The notes beneath the pieces were generated by a model that saw only the letters and a program-made list of their open reading frames with translations, had not been told where the DNA came from and did no database searches. From Octopus vulgaris (lineage: Eukaryota): a stretch of DNA of 64,000 nt. Within the stretch, counting starts at the first letter, position 1, and each line of letters starts with the position of its first letter. Shown here in pieces: positions 52,385 through 64,000 of the stretch. The DNA lies in NCBI GenBank assembly GCA_951406725.2, contig OX597816.1, positions 22,506,001-22,570,000 of the forward strand. The letters run 5' to 3'. A program made the position numbers and the translations under genes.

Positions 52385-52722
52385 GGAGGCGCAATGGCCC
52401 AGTGGTTAGGGCAGCGGACTTGCGGTCGGAGGATCGCGGTTTCGATTCCCAGACCGAATGTTGTGTGTTTATTGAGCGAAGACAACTAAAAAAAAGCACC
52501 ACGAGACTCCGGCAGGGGGTGGTGGCGACCCCTTTTGTACTTTTTCTCCCACTTTCTCTTTTGTACTTTCTCTCACACTTTCTTCCTGTTTCATGAGTAA
52601 CGCTGCTCTGGATTGGCGCCTCGTCCAGCTGGGGGTACACACACGCCACAGAACCCGGGAAACCGGGCCCATGGGCCTGGTTATGCATGAATAGGGCGCA
52701 TAAATAAATAAATAAATAAATG
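52385..52722 (+). mobile_element. SINE family B, full-length
   Basis: ggaggcgcaatggcccagtggttagggcagcggac...gtttcgattccc; (TAAA)n tail. Confidence 0.9.
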
Positions 52723-55188
52723 AATTAGGGCGACACATCATCCGTTTTCTGAATAAATTATGTGCGCTTGCCTGGACCCAGATGAAAAAATTGTACCAAA
52801 GAAAACAAATAAATAAATAAATAGACCAATGTAATGAGAATGCAATTTAATGCTCTTTGAAATACATTGCTCTAGTAACCTCTTTTACCAAAATTTAATT
52901 ACAGAATTTTTTCCTTTATGTATGCACGTGACATTTCGCAAGTAATTATACAGTAGAATACGTAAAAATCAACCCGTGAAATAACCATAGCTAATATGGT
53001 CTCAAATCTAGCTGCTATAATTATATGCAATTTTATGAATGTGTTACCAAAAGTCAATTTAGCGGGGCTTCAAATATTGCAGAAAATTAAGCAAGCTAAT
53101 TTTCTTTTCCTTCATTTCTTTTTCTTTTGTTCGTGCGTGTGTATAGGATAAACTAATTAGTTTTGTAGAATTGGAATTATTAACCAAATGATTTGCAAAT
53201 TACGAATTTAATATTTTCAACTGAGATAATGGTTTGTTATTTCCTTTGTTATATTTCATAGAATTGACGCACAGTACAGCGTTTGAAGCATGACTTTTGT
53301 ATTTGATAGTATTTTATAAAAGTTTTACCAATATTTTATTAAGGTCATATGAATGAAATGAGAAATCAATCTAATCCACAATTGCAGACATTAAAATATC
53401 ATCACTAAGCCTGATGTCCATACAATAAAACAAAAACAATGTAACAGATCATCTGTTTCAACATTTCCTCACCATTTTCTATGCTATCATCACCATCGAC
53501 GCTATTGTCATTGTCATCATCGCCATCGTCGTAATCATCGCGTCGATGTAGCCATCATCATCGTCATACTTTAAATATTCTCAGTAGCATATGCACCAAG
53601 TGTAAAACAAACAAATGATTTCAGTCTTTAATAGTAGACGCAATATTTCCCGCCCTGATGTGAAATATAATTAAGGGGTCCATTTTGCAGAATAACGCTA
53701 TAACAATAATCGTACATCGTTGATATCTTTTACTTTATATTATGTTTATTCACTATAACTATTGTACGGTGAAGTAGTCAACTGTCCATGAGCCTGGCTA
53801 GGCTTGAAAAGCGCGACGAACGATAAATGTACATCAGAGAAAACGGAACATCTACCAGACGTTCAAGCCATATCTCCACTCACTAGCTCCGATTAACATT
53901 TCTGGAGATGCGGTGAACGAATTTTGAGAGATTCTATTTCCTAGTTTGATGCCATTCTCATTTGGAACATGTATGGGTGAGGATAGCAAAGTTATGTCTC
54001 CAGAAAGGAATCATAATAAAATACGTGTTTCTTGCATACTGACTGTATAACATGTGTAAAAAAAATACATATATATAAATTAAGAAATCGTAATTCGTAT
54101 ATATGTGTTTTGCTTTCGAAAACCCAAAACACTATTCAATAACCTTGAACCCTTTACGAAAATAAAATATGCAACAGCCGTTTGAATAACAAATCCACGT
54201 TGTGAAAAGTCAAGGGAAACAAAATGACTACAAGTCTCATTGTTCATTGCTGACATTTACGAACTGATAATTGCGTCTCAGGACCAGTGTCGCCAAGATT
54301 GACACTACTAGAGGTATACATGGAAGCAGATTGTCTCCTCTGGATTATGCGGGTGGGGGGGTGGGGGATATTGTTATAAAGTGAGACGAATCATATCGTA
54401 CTGAGAATATAACTTTACAAAACGAACTAATTTCTTGCAACAATTCGAAAGTGTCAAATTGTAACTTCAACTTTCTCACGAGGAAGAAATGAACTATTTG
54501 TACCACAGTAAGTGTGCTAAGGTGAAAAGTGTCAATCCACAACAAGGGGTCGATGTATATCTACATCACCTGGTAGAATCGACGTAAGCTTAAATAATGC
54601 TAATATTATGGGTGGGAAAAACATCATGTGATCGAATCTTGACCCCGGATTCGATGACAATAAATAATGCTTTATGTTGAGACAACTGGCGTTGCTGCAT
54701 GTTCCACCACGGCATATACTAAACGGTATGAAAGGTTTCTTTCTTTATTTACAGGAATTTATGCAGAAGTGTATAACATTAAAATAACCGAGCGTAATTA
54801 CAAAGAAATAATAATAATAAATAAAGTGAAATTCAGGTATAGCCACTAATCGGTGTGTCTTGGACACAAGAAATTAACATGTTAGTGGAAGTAATTAGAA
54901 TTATAAAGAAGTAGAACCTATGAAACATTTCCTGTCATTATAGAAGTCCAGCAAGTTCTTGCGAAATCTGATGCTAAAAATGGTATACGTTCCACAATGG
55001 GTTTATCGTCGTTGATAACCAGAAGAATGCTCTCTTAGCAAGTATCCACATTCTTCATTAAACGTTATAAATGATGACGAAATCATTTTTAAATAATTAC
55101 CGAAATGAATTTGTACAGCAGTGTATTTTCGTCTTCAAGTTCTGATAGAAATATCTCAGGAGGAAAAACACGTATTGATGTTATCCCA

Positions 55189-55233
<45 letters not shown>

Positions 55234-56116
55234 CGAAAATAATAAAAATCGAATGTGGAACTGAATTTTGCTTAAATGGTATGCATTATTATTTTATTTC
55301 CATTTTTAGAGTTCTTAAATTGAGTCAATTGAAAAGTAAAGAAAATATATTCTGAAAAGCACAAATAATTTCCAACATGAAATACAAATATAATCTAATA
55401 TATATATTATAGATTATATTATATTGTATTATATTATATTATATTATAGAAAGAACCATTCTACATTTATTGTACAGCAATTCAGAGAAATTAAATATAC
55501 ATTAAGTAAGTAAATATATTATAAACTTTAAATATATTTTACCATGATGAATTGACTAATAAATTTAAACACAAACATCGTTTCTAACAACAAATTGGTA
55601 ATTTTTATTCTTAATTCAACAGCCTGAATATTACAAGTATGTTATTTGATACAACAATGTTGACAATTGCTATTTTTCGAAATAAGTAGCATATCGACAG
55701 AGAAAGTAAGAAGTTTAATAATAAAAATACCAGTTATAAATATGACAGCTTAGAAATACACGTATCAATATAATACACAAATATATAAAGTTAATTTCGG
55801 GAAAACAGCAGAATTTCGTCTCAATATATGAATTTTTCGAGTAGGTTAAATGCATAGAAACAACATATTTAAGCCTACCAGTTGTAAAGAATGTGATCTA
55901 TTGAGGAGCCTTCTAACGGAACAGTAACTTGGCTAGAAATATCAAATACATCTCAGGCAGTCAGCAAAACTCTCCGAAATGAGGAACACTTTAGGTAAAG
56001 CACTTTTATCGTTTCAGTTAAAATCCCTCTACAAGACAAACGTTTCGAGACTGTAACAACTTTATGAATCTACACAGTCAGGTGGATCATGAGCAAAGAC
56101 TTTTGCTATATATACA

Positions 56117-56186
<70 letters not shown>

Positions 56187-56296
56187 TTGAGTAGTTGGAT
56201 GAATTATCTTATTATGGATAATTCGGTTAATCGATACATATGGGCTCCGTGTGGGCAACCATCTAAAAGTTTTTGTGCATCTTGATTTGACATAAG

Positions 56297-56396
56297 TTCC
56301 TTGTTTTTCATGATGAGAAGGCGGCATAATGCACCCCTTATTCCTTCGAAATTAGGAATATGCACCCTTCGAAACATATGTCGAAAATAAAAGGAA
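56297..56396 (+). ncRNA. Hammerhead-like motif with long stem II in a TA-flanked island (probable pLTR); C3 position is A
   Basis: TTTTC-ATGATGA-GAAGG..GCATA...TATGC..CCTTC-GAAA-CATATG-TC-GAAAA, followed by AATAAA and (TA)n. Confidence 0.6.
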
Positions 56397-56442
56397 TTTT
56401 GTTAATTCGTCGTTCAACTCCATTCTTTCATTTATTTGTGTG

Positions 56443-56489
<47 letters not shown>

Positions 56490-56619
56490 CATATACATAA
56501 ACATATACATATACATAGATAGATATAATCTATTATTCTTATATATATATATAGTATTGGTTTGATGACAACTTAATGTGGCAGTCACAGGAGTATTGGG
56601 TATTGTGTAGTATATATCC

Positions 56620-57730
56620 AACACCAGACTGCTCAATGCGAAGCATCAGCAACAGCAATCCGACCTCTATCACGGCTTCTTTGAGTTCAAAAAGATAGTT
56701 GATCGTGTTTGACACAATGGATTGTGGTAGGTGAAGAATTTCAACTTCAGCAACAAACACATCGAAGTACTCCCAAGAACTGCATGAAAATTGGAACTGC
56801 AGTTCTCCTGAACAACAGCTTTGGAGAATTGTTAAGGGCAACAGTGGGTGTTCCACAAAAATCTCTGCTCTCTCCAGTGCTTTACTCCTTGCGGGTGGGG
56901 GTGGGGCGGCATCATGAAGGTGACACTTCGAGACTGTTTCCATCGGAGGACGGCCCATTTCCAATCCAACCTGCTTTTTGACCAGTTAGGAAGCAGTGAA
57001 GTCGGCATACAGGGGCCCATCGCCAGACTGGAAAATGCATCAGGAGCATATGGGATGGAGATCATTCCAGAAAAAGAAACAAGATACTAATTAATAGCAA
57101 CAACCAAAACACAACAGTCAACATTATACTGAATGGAGAAATGCCTCATAAAGCGGACACTTTCAAGTAGTTAGAATCCACTCTGAACAAAGACAGCAGG
57201 TCTCAAAAGGAAATAACAACAAAACTCAGTTTAGCCTCTGCTGCCATGACGAAGCTGAACACCATATGGAAATGTAATATCTTTAGGTTACCAACGAAAC
57301 TCAGTATGTACAAAATTTTGATGACTTCGATCTTTCTTCATAGGTGTTAGAGCTGGCCCCTTACGGTTGACATGGAGTAAAGAATACCGGTATTTGAGCC
57401 CAGGGGGTTCAGAAGACTGCTTCACATCACCTATAGAGAGGAGAAAACAACCAACGTAATCTAACAGCAGTTCAACAAATGCGTTGGCAGAGGGGTATCG
57501 TTCCTGGCGCAGTAAAGAGACGAAAGCTTCTCTGGTACGGTCAGGTATCTCACTAGAATTGAAGGAGAGTGACTGACACATACAGACAGAAATTCCTGAT
57601 TTGAAAACATAAGGACCAGACACGTCACAACACCATGAACATACTATGCATGAGCGGGAAAAGATACCACTGATGATGGCTGACTACGAAAACATCAAGC
57701 GTGACACCCCAACGTCTAGCTGATTCAGTT
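56620..57730 (+). pseudogene. Degenerate RTE-clade LINE RT/3' region
   Basis: TVGVPQ..LLSPVL, RLENASGAYGMEI, NIILNGE...FK.L.STL.KD..S.KEI..K..LASAAMTKL..IW. Confidence 0.75.
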
Positions 57731-57808
57731 AAATGTTCTTGATAATGGGAATGATACATCGACATGCCTCCACAAACATACATACATACAAATATACATA
57801 CATACATG

Positions 57809-57898
<90 letters not shown>

Positions 57899-57903
57899 TG
57901 TGT

Positions 57904-58121
57904 TTACTACTAAAAGTCTGTACTTTCTTGCGTGCTTGCCTGCTTGTCTGTAATTTAGTACAGCCAAACTGGTACATAATGAGAAAGTACTCGGAACGTA
58001 AGGACCCCTGAAATGTGAATACAAAGAGAATTAAACAGAATTCACGTAAATCGATCCCGCGACACGCGATCTTTTCGAGTACCTTGAACTATTGGTGACC
58101 CAGCGGGTCACAGGTATTCTA

Positions 58122-58122
<1 letters not shown>
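57904..58122 (+). mobile_element. Short non-autonomous Helitron-like element
   Basis: 3' hairpin gtgaccc-agc-gggtcac (58095-58111) 7 nt before CTAG|T; 5' ttactactaaaag followed by a short gcttgcctgctt repeat. Confidence 0.6.
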
Positions 58123-58158
<36 letters not shown>

Positions 58159-58284
58159 ATACACATATAAATGTACACTACAAACATAATTATATATTTT
58201 GAGATTTTACTGGATGGGGAAACGCAGGATGTAATAAGATATTAATAAAATGCGTTGAGCTAAATTTTAATTTTAATTATACTT

Positions 58285-58494
58285 TTTTACTCTTTACTTG
58301 TTTCAGTCATTTGACTGTGGCCATGCTGGAACACCGCCTTTAGTCGAGCAAATCGACCCCAGAACCTATTCTTTGTAAGCCTAGTACTTATTATATCGGT
58401 CTCTTTTGCTGAACCGCTAAGTTATGGGGACGTAAACACACCAGCATCGGTTTTCAAGCGATGCTGGGGGACAAACACAGACAGATACACACAA

Positions 58495-58549
<55 letters not shown>

Positions 58550-58715
58550 CGTCGGGCTTCTTTCTGTTTCCGTCTGCCAAATCTACTCACAAGGCTTTGG
58601 TCACCCCGAGGCTATAGTAGAAGAGACTTGCCCAAGGTGTCATGCAGTGGGACTGAACCCGGTACCATGTTGTTGGTAAGCAATCTACTTACCACGCAGC
58701 CACTCCTACGCCTAT
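58285..58715 (-). mobile_element. SINE family C, full-length
   Basis: Reverse complement of the 23110 element. Confidence 0.88.
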
Positions 58716-59529
58716 TATTATTAGGATTTCCCAACAATGGCTACAACGATTAGAATATAAGTAGTCTTGCCTTGTATTAATGCCATATATTGTTTAAGTA
58801 AACGTCTAGTAACAAGATGACGAAATTCGAAAACCATTTTGGCATTGTTGGTTTGTTTATTAGGAGAAGGTCACGCTCAATTTGAAGCAAGTTTTCACAA
58901 CGTGATTACGTCGATGTAATTCCAATTATTAATGTGTTTTCAGGAATATGATGGAACATGTGGCACCAGGATATTGAACTGAAAACGTTCAAAGAGCATT
59001 AAATTATGTACTGTTTGCGTCTCAGAATCTTCATTACAGCAGAACCAGAGCTCTTAAACAATGGTAGAAACATCTGAGAAGAGTACCAGCTGGTTCTGTC
59101 TGTTGCAGAAATGAATATGAATTTCAGAACGCATAATTTATCCTGCAATCACGTTCTCTCAGAATGAACTGGTTGTAACACTCAAGTTACCTTGGTTCTG
59201 GGCATCTTAACCACACAGGACGTTTGCAATTTAGATAGTAACACAAATTCTGGCAACAGAGAGGTATCCAGGAATGATTATCTGAATCCGCCTAGCCCCC
59301 TTAAATTTCAAGAAGTTATGGTCTGAAATATTTGCATGCGGGGGCTTCTGGGAAGAACTGCTACTTTTCTAGTGTTTCTTATTATCATTATGTTTTCATT
59401 TTTGTCCTTGAAAAGAACTGACATATATAAATAACCGAAATCATATTCGTTGGACTGGTAAGTTTAGCACCAGTGTTGCTGTATTAAAAAACTGGGTAAC
59501 GAAGAATGTGTACTTCTCAATGGAATGGG

Positions 59530-59781
59530 TTTTTTGCGCCCTTTTAAAGCCTAGCCAGGCTCATGGGCCCGGTTTCCCGGTTTCTATGGCGTATGTGTTC
59601 CCCAGCTGGACGGGGCGTCAGTCCATCGCAGCGTTACTCATTTTTGCTAGCTGAGTGGCCTGGGGCAACGTGAAATGAAGTGTTTTGCTCAAGAATGCAA
59701 CGCGTCGCCCGGTCCAGGAATCGAAATCACAATCTTACGATCATGATGCTGACACCTTAACCACTAAACCACGCGCCTCCA
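59530..59781 (-). mobile_element. SINE family B-related
   Basis: Head ggaggcgcgtggtttagtggttaagg..gatttcgattcc; tail shared with 52385. Confidence 0.8.
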
Positions 59782-60482
59782 TTCCCAAAGGAATGCCAGT
59801 GTAAAAACACAGATTTTGACAAAAAAAATATATATATATATATCTGTAAAAGCAAACACGCAGAGCAAAAAACAAAACAATTCCACTATTATTATCCTAA
59901 TGAATTCTAGCAGGGTCATGATACCGGTGATGATAATGAGGAGAGTGAGGAAGAGAAGAAATGAGAGAAGGTTGAAGGGGAAAGAGAGCGGTAATATGAT
60001 GATACACATGAATTCCTACTCTACGAAGAAGCCTTCGTGATTTAGGGCATGTGCAACTAGAGAAATAATAATTATAGACTATAAATTACCTAACTTTGAC
60101 AGATGAAAATTAATAAAGAGAATAATGGAGGGAAGTGATATAATTATTTAAAATAATTTATGTACGCCTTTTAACTTTTACAATCAATGCATTCAAGAAA
60201 AATGATGCGATATGATAGATGGATTGTAATCATTATAGATTCTGTAATTCAGTGCCTGAAAGTAATTTTATAAATGGCTTGTTTGTAATAGTAATTTAGT
60301 AACGTTTAGCAACGTTCTATTATTAGATTTATATTCAACAGGTCTAGACGCTGATTCCAGCCGTGCTATTTATTGTTGTGTGATTTGGCCGGACGGACGA
60401 TTGTGGTTTTTGTTTGTCTTGCGCATCTTGCTTTCTTTTGTCAGTTTTTTTTTCCTTTTCTTTATTTCTTTATTTATTTTAA

Positions 60483-60521
<39 letters not shown>

Positions 60522-60639
60522 GATTATTATTATTTATTATTTATTTTGTTTGCTGTTTCAGAGTATTTCACTTCATTCTCCTCATCAATATTACTATCAT
60601 AGTAACATGATCATCGAGAGCAATAACATACAAGAGGGA

Positions 60640-60749
60640 GAAAAAGAGGAAATATAAGAAAGAAGGGACAGACGAAGATGCTGATCATGATGGGGAGCGG
60701 GAAGAACGAGAAGGAGGACGTCAGCAACGAGGAAGAGTGAGCGGATGAA

Positions 60750-60797
<48 letters not shown>

Positions 60798-60928
60798 GGA
60801 AGGGGAAGGAGAAGGAAGAGGAGATGGTGGAGAAGATGGTGATGATGATATGGAGAATGACGATGCCAATGACGAGGTGGGGCAAAGAAGAGGACGACCA
60901 CAACGAGGGGTAGGTGGAGGTTGAGAGC

Positions 60929-60959
<31 letters not shown>

Positions 60960-61186
60960 GAGGAGAAGAAGAAGGAGAAGAAGAAGAAGAGGAAGAGGAA
61001 GGAGAAGGAGAAGAAGAAGAAGAAGAAGAAGAAGACGAAGATGAAGGAGGGAAAGAGGAGGAGGAGAAGAAGAAGAAGAAGAAGAAGTAGAAGAGGAAGG
61101 AGGAAAAGAGGAGGAGGACGAGGAGAAGGAGGAAGATGAGAAGGAGGAGGGGAGAGGAGTAGGAGGAGGGGGAGAAGAAGAAGAAG

Positions 61187-61218
<32 letters not shown>

Positions 61219-61260
61219 GACAGAAGGGGAGGAGACAGAGAAGATAATAACACCAATAAA
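60640..61260. repeat. Purine-rich (GAT/GAA/GAG) low-complexity tract
   Basis: Direct reading. Confidence 0.9.
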
Positions 61261-61532
61261 ATATGAAGAAGAAAACTGTAACAGAAGAATAACATGGCAG
61301 CAAATCGATCGTTATAGAACAATGGCATCGTTAATATTTAGCATTTCTACATATTTAAAGACTTTATTTTCCATCTCAATTCCACATCCGTTGTTCGAAA
61401 TACACCAACGATCACATTCTGCAGCAATCGATGCAACATCACTAGCCAAGTACTCGGGTTACTAAATTTCTTCATACAAACACATTTGAAATTTACAATC
61501 CTTCTTCAGATGTAAGTAATAACTATTATTTC

Positions 61533-61590
<58 letters not shown>

Positions 61591-61815
61591 TCTTTTTTTG
61601 TTTGTCCTTTGACTGCGGCCATGCTGGAGCACCGCCTTTAGTCGAGCAAATTGACCCCAGGACTTATTCTTTGTAAGTACTTAGTACTTATTCTATCGGT
61701 CTCTTTTGCCGAACCGTTATGTGACGGGGACGTAAACACACCAGTATCGGTTGTCAAGCGATGTCGGGGGGACAAACACAGACAAAACCATATACATACA
61801 CACACACACACACAT

Positions 61816-61877
<62 letters not shown>

Positions 61878-62041
61878 GACGGGCTCCTTCCAGTTTCCGT
61901 CTTCCAAATCCACTCACAAGGCTTTGGTCGGCCCGAGACTATAGTAGAATACGCATGTCCAAAGTTCCACGCAGTGGGACTGAACCCGGAACCATGTGGT
62001 TAGTAAGCAAGCTTCTTACCACACAGCCACTCATGCGCCTA

Positions 62042-62042
<1 letters not shown>
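61591..62042 (-). mobile_element. SINE family C, full-length
   Basis: Reverse complement of the 23110 element. Confidence 0.88.
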
Positions 62043-62111
<69 letters not shown>

Positions 62112-62135
62112 GTTATTATTATAATAATTATTATT

Positions 62136-62681
62136 GAGTGAGAGAGCAGCCCATGCTATCAAAGTGACACTGGGGTAAAATATACGAAGCCCAGTGTACC
62201 CATTATGACTACCCGTCTGATAAGGGTACACTAGGCACATGCATCACAACCATATGTGCGCGACATGGTGATCTCATATCAAGATAAACAGTGCATGATC
62301 TTGCAGTTGGAGCCCAGTTAGAATTTACTTCTGGTCGAGTAGCCCATCCCGCTCAAAAGGTCCCTGAATAAGGATTGTTTAAGGATATTGAACGAATGCC
62401 CCATGTTTCCAAAGGTGGATTATCCAAACCTCTAAGAATTCCTTTCAACACACGGCTATGATGCTCCCCCCACTACTTCTGCTCGTGATCAGAGATGCAC
62501 ATATCATCAGCCACTAAGGGACATGCTCAACAGGTTAAGGTCAAACAACTGACAAGCAAATCTGTGGTATTGAGCAGAATATTTGCCGTTGCCCATCTTT
62601 TATACCAAGACAAAACAATATATGTGATAACACTTTCAAACCGTTAAGATCACCAGCCAAGAGAACCACTGCCTGGTACTG
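62136..62681 (-). mobile_element. ~560-bp TAA element, 5'-truncated by ~10 nt
   Basis: (TTA)n-gagtgagagagcag...gcctggtactg-(TTA)n. Confidence 0.9.
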
Positions 62682-62729
62682 TTATTATTATTATTATTAT
62701 TATCATCATTATTATCATCATCATCATCA

Positions 62730-62778
<49 letters not shown>

Positions 62779-63407
62779 CATTATTATTATTACTATTGTT
62801 ATTATTATTAATATTATTATTGTCTCTGCACAGCTTCTATCGCAACAACAGCAATAATAACAACAAATCTTCGTATTATTATTTTTATTCGTCATCATCG
62901 TTATTACTGCGCCAGTGCATGTACATCTTATAACCGACACCCGCATTAACTCCAATATGACCCTCAATTATCAACCTCAAACGACCTCTGCGAACAACAC
63001 CATTAATCATCATAATATTTCTGATAAAATTCCTATACATGAAATATGTGTCGATATCAATTTGTGAATACTATATTTTATTAGACCAAATGAAACCATT
63101 TTCTTTTTCTGTTTTAATTTTGATGTTTGTTGTTAAAGGTGTTGTTAGAGTTTTGTCGTTGTAAATCGCTTTGTCATTGGAGATCCATATAAGACTTCAG
63201 TTTTGAAAGCCATGAATGATTGTCGTGATTGACGTATATCTATTTATTATATTACAGAAATTGTTGTGTAGTTTCAAAGCTGTCTTCATTGAATAGGTTT
63301 GTGATCAAACGTATTTAAGATAAAAACCCCTGGTACTTTTTAAATGTAATTTTTCTGGCATAAAATGACGAAATTACGAAAGAAATCGTTTTTTTTAATA
63401 CTGCAGT

Positions 63408-64000
63408 TTCTTATTTCTTCTTTCTTTACTACCCACAAAGGGGCTAAACGCAGAGAGGACAAACAAGGACAGAAAAACGGATTAAGTCGATTATATCGGC
63501 CCCAGTGCATAAATGGTACTTATTTAATCGACACAAAAAGGATGAAAGGCAAAGTTGACTTCAGCAAAATTTGAACTTACAGCGTCAAAGACAGACGAAA
63601 TACCTATTTCTTTACTACCCAAACGTACCTAAATATAGAGAAGACAAACAAGAACAGACAAACGGATTAAGTCGATTATATCGACCCCAGTGCGAAACTG
63701 GTACTTATTTAATCGACCCCCGAAAGGATGAATGGTAAAGTCGATCTTGACTGAATTTGAATTCAGAACGTAGCAGCAGGCGAAATACCTATTGCTTTAC
63801 TACCCACAAGGGGCTAAACACAGAGAGCACAAACAAGGACAGACAAATGGATTGAGTCGATTACATCGATCCCAGTGTGTAACTGGTACTTACTTAATCG
63901 ACCCCGAAAGGATGAAAGGGAAAGTCGACCTAGGCGGAAATTGAACTCAGAACGTAGCAGTAGGCGAAAAACTGCTAAGCATTTTGTCCGGCATGCCAAC
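63408..64000 (-). mobile_element. SINE family A trimer
   Basis: Three ~185-bp subunits joined at gaaatacctatt(t/g)ctttactaccc. Confidence 0.85.

Noticed and set aside
60597-61328. 243/230-aa ORFs in the purine-rich tract
   Set aside because: Low-complexity trinucleotide repeats without splice or domain evidence.

Overview
AT-rich, microsatellite-dense metazoan DNA. The tRNA-SINE repertoire and TA/TAA density suggest a cephalopod such as Octopus (inference). No host protein-coding gene can be supported; most ORFs in the track are microsatellite or SINE artefacts. The window is a mosaic of mobile elements. (TAA)n tracts hold three families of R4/Dong-clade non-LTR retrotransposons (RT + restriction-like endonuclease) and eight copies of a ~560-bp non-coding element. 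(TA)n tracts hold Penelope-like elements (one long open Neptune-type RT/GIY-YIG frame, fragments, solo pLTRs) carrying minimal hammerhead ribozymes with non-canonical cores. There are also three tRNA-SINE families, an internally deleted mariner, a TTAA-flanked MITE, a small Helitron, and RTE and CR1/Jockey-like remnants. The standout is 25381-27756: a young array of near-identical ~491-bp units, each with a canonical type I hammerhead ribozyme inside a highly structured RNA. It is arranged as two head-to-head arms ending at different phases of the unit in TA repeats, i.e. a candidate retrozyme/circular-RNA replicon integrated by rolling-circle reverse transcription.
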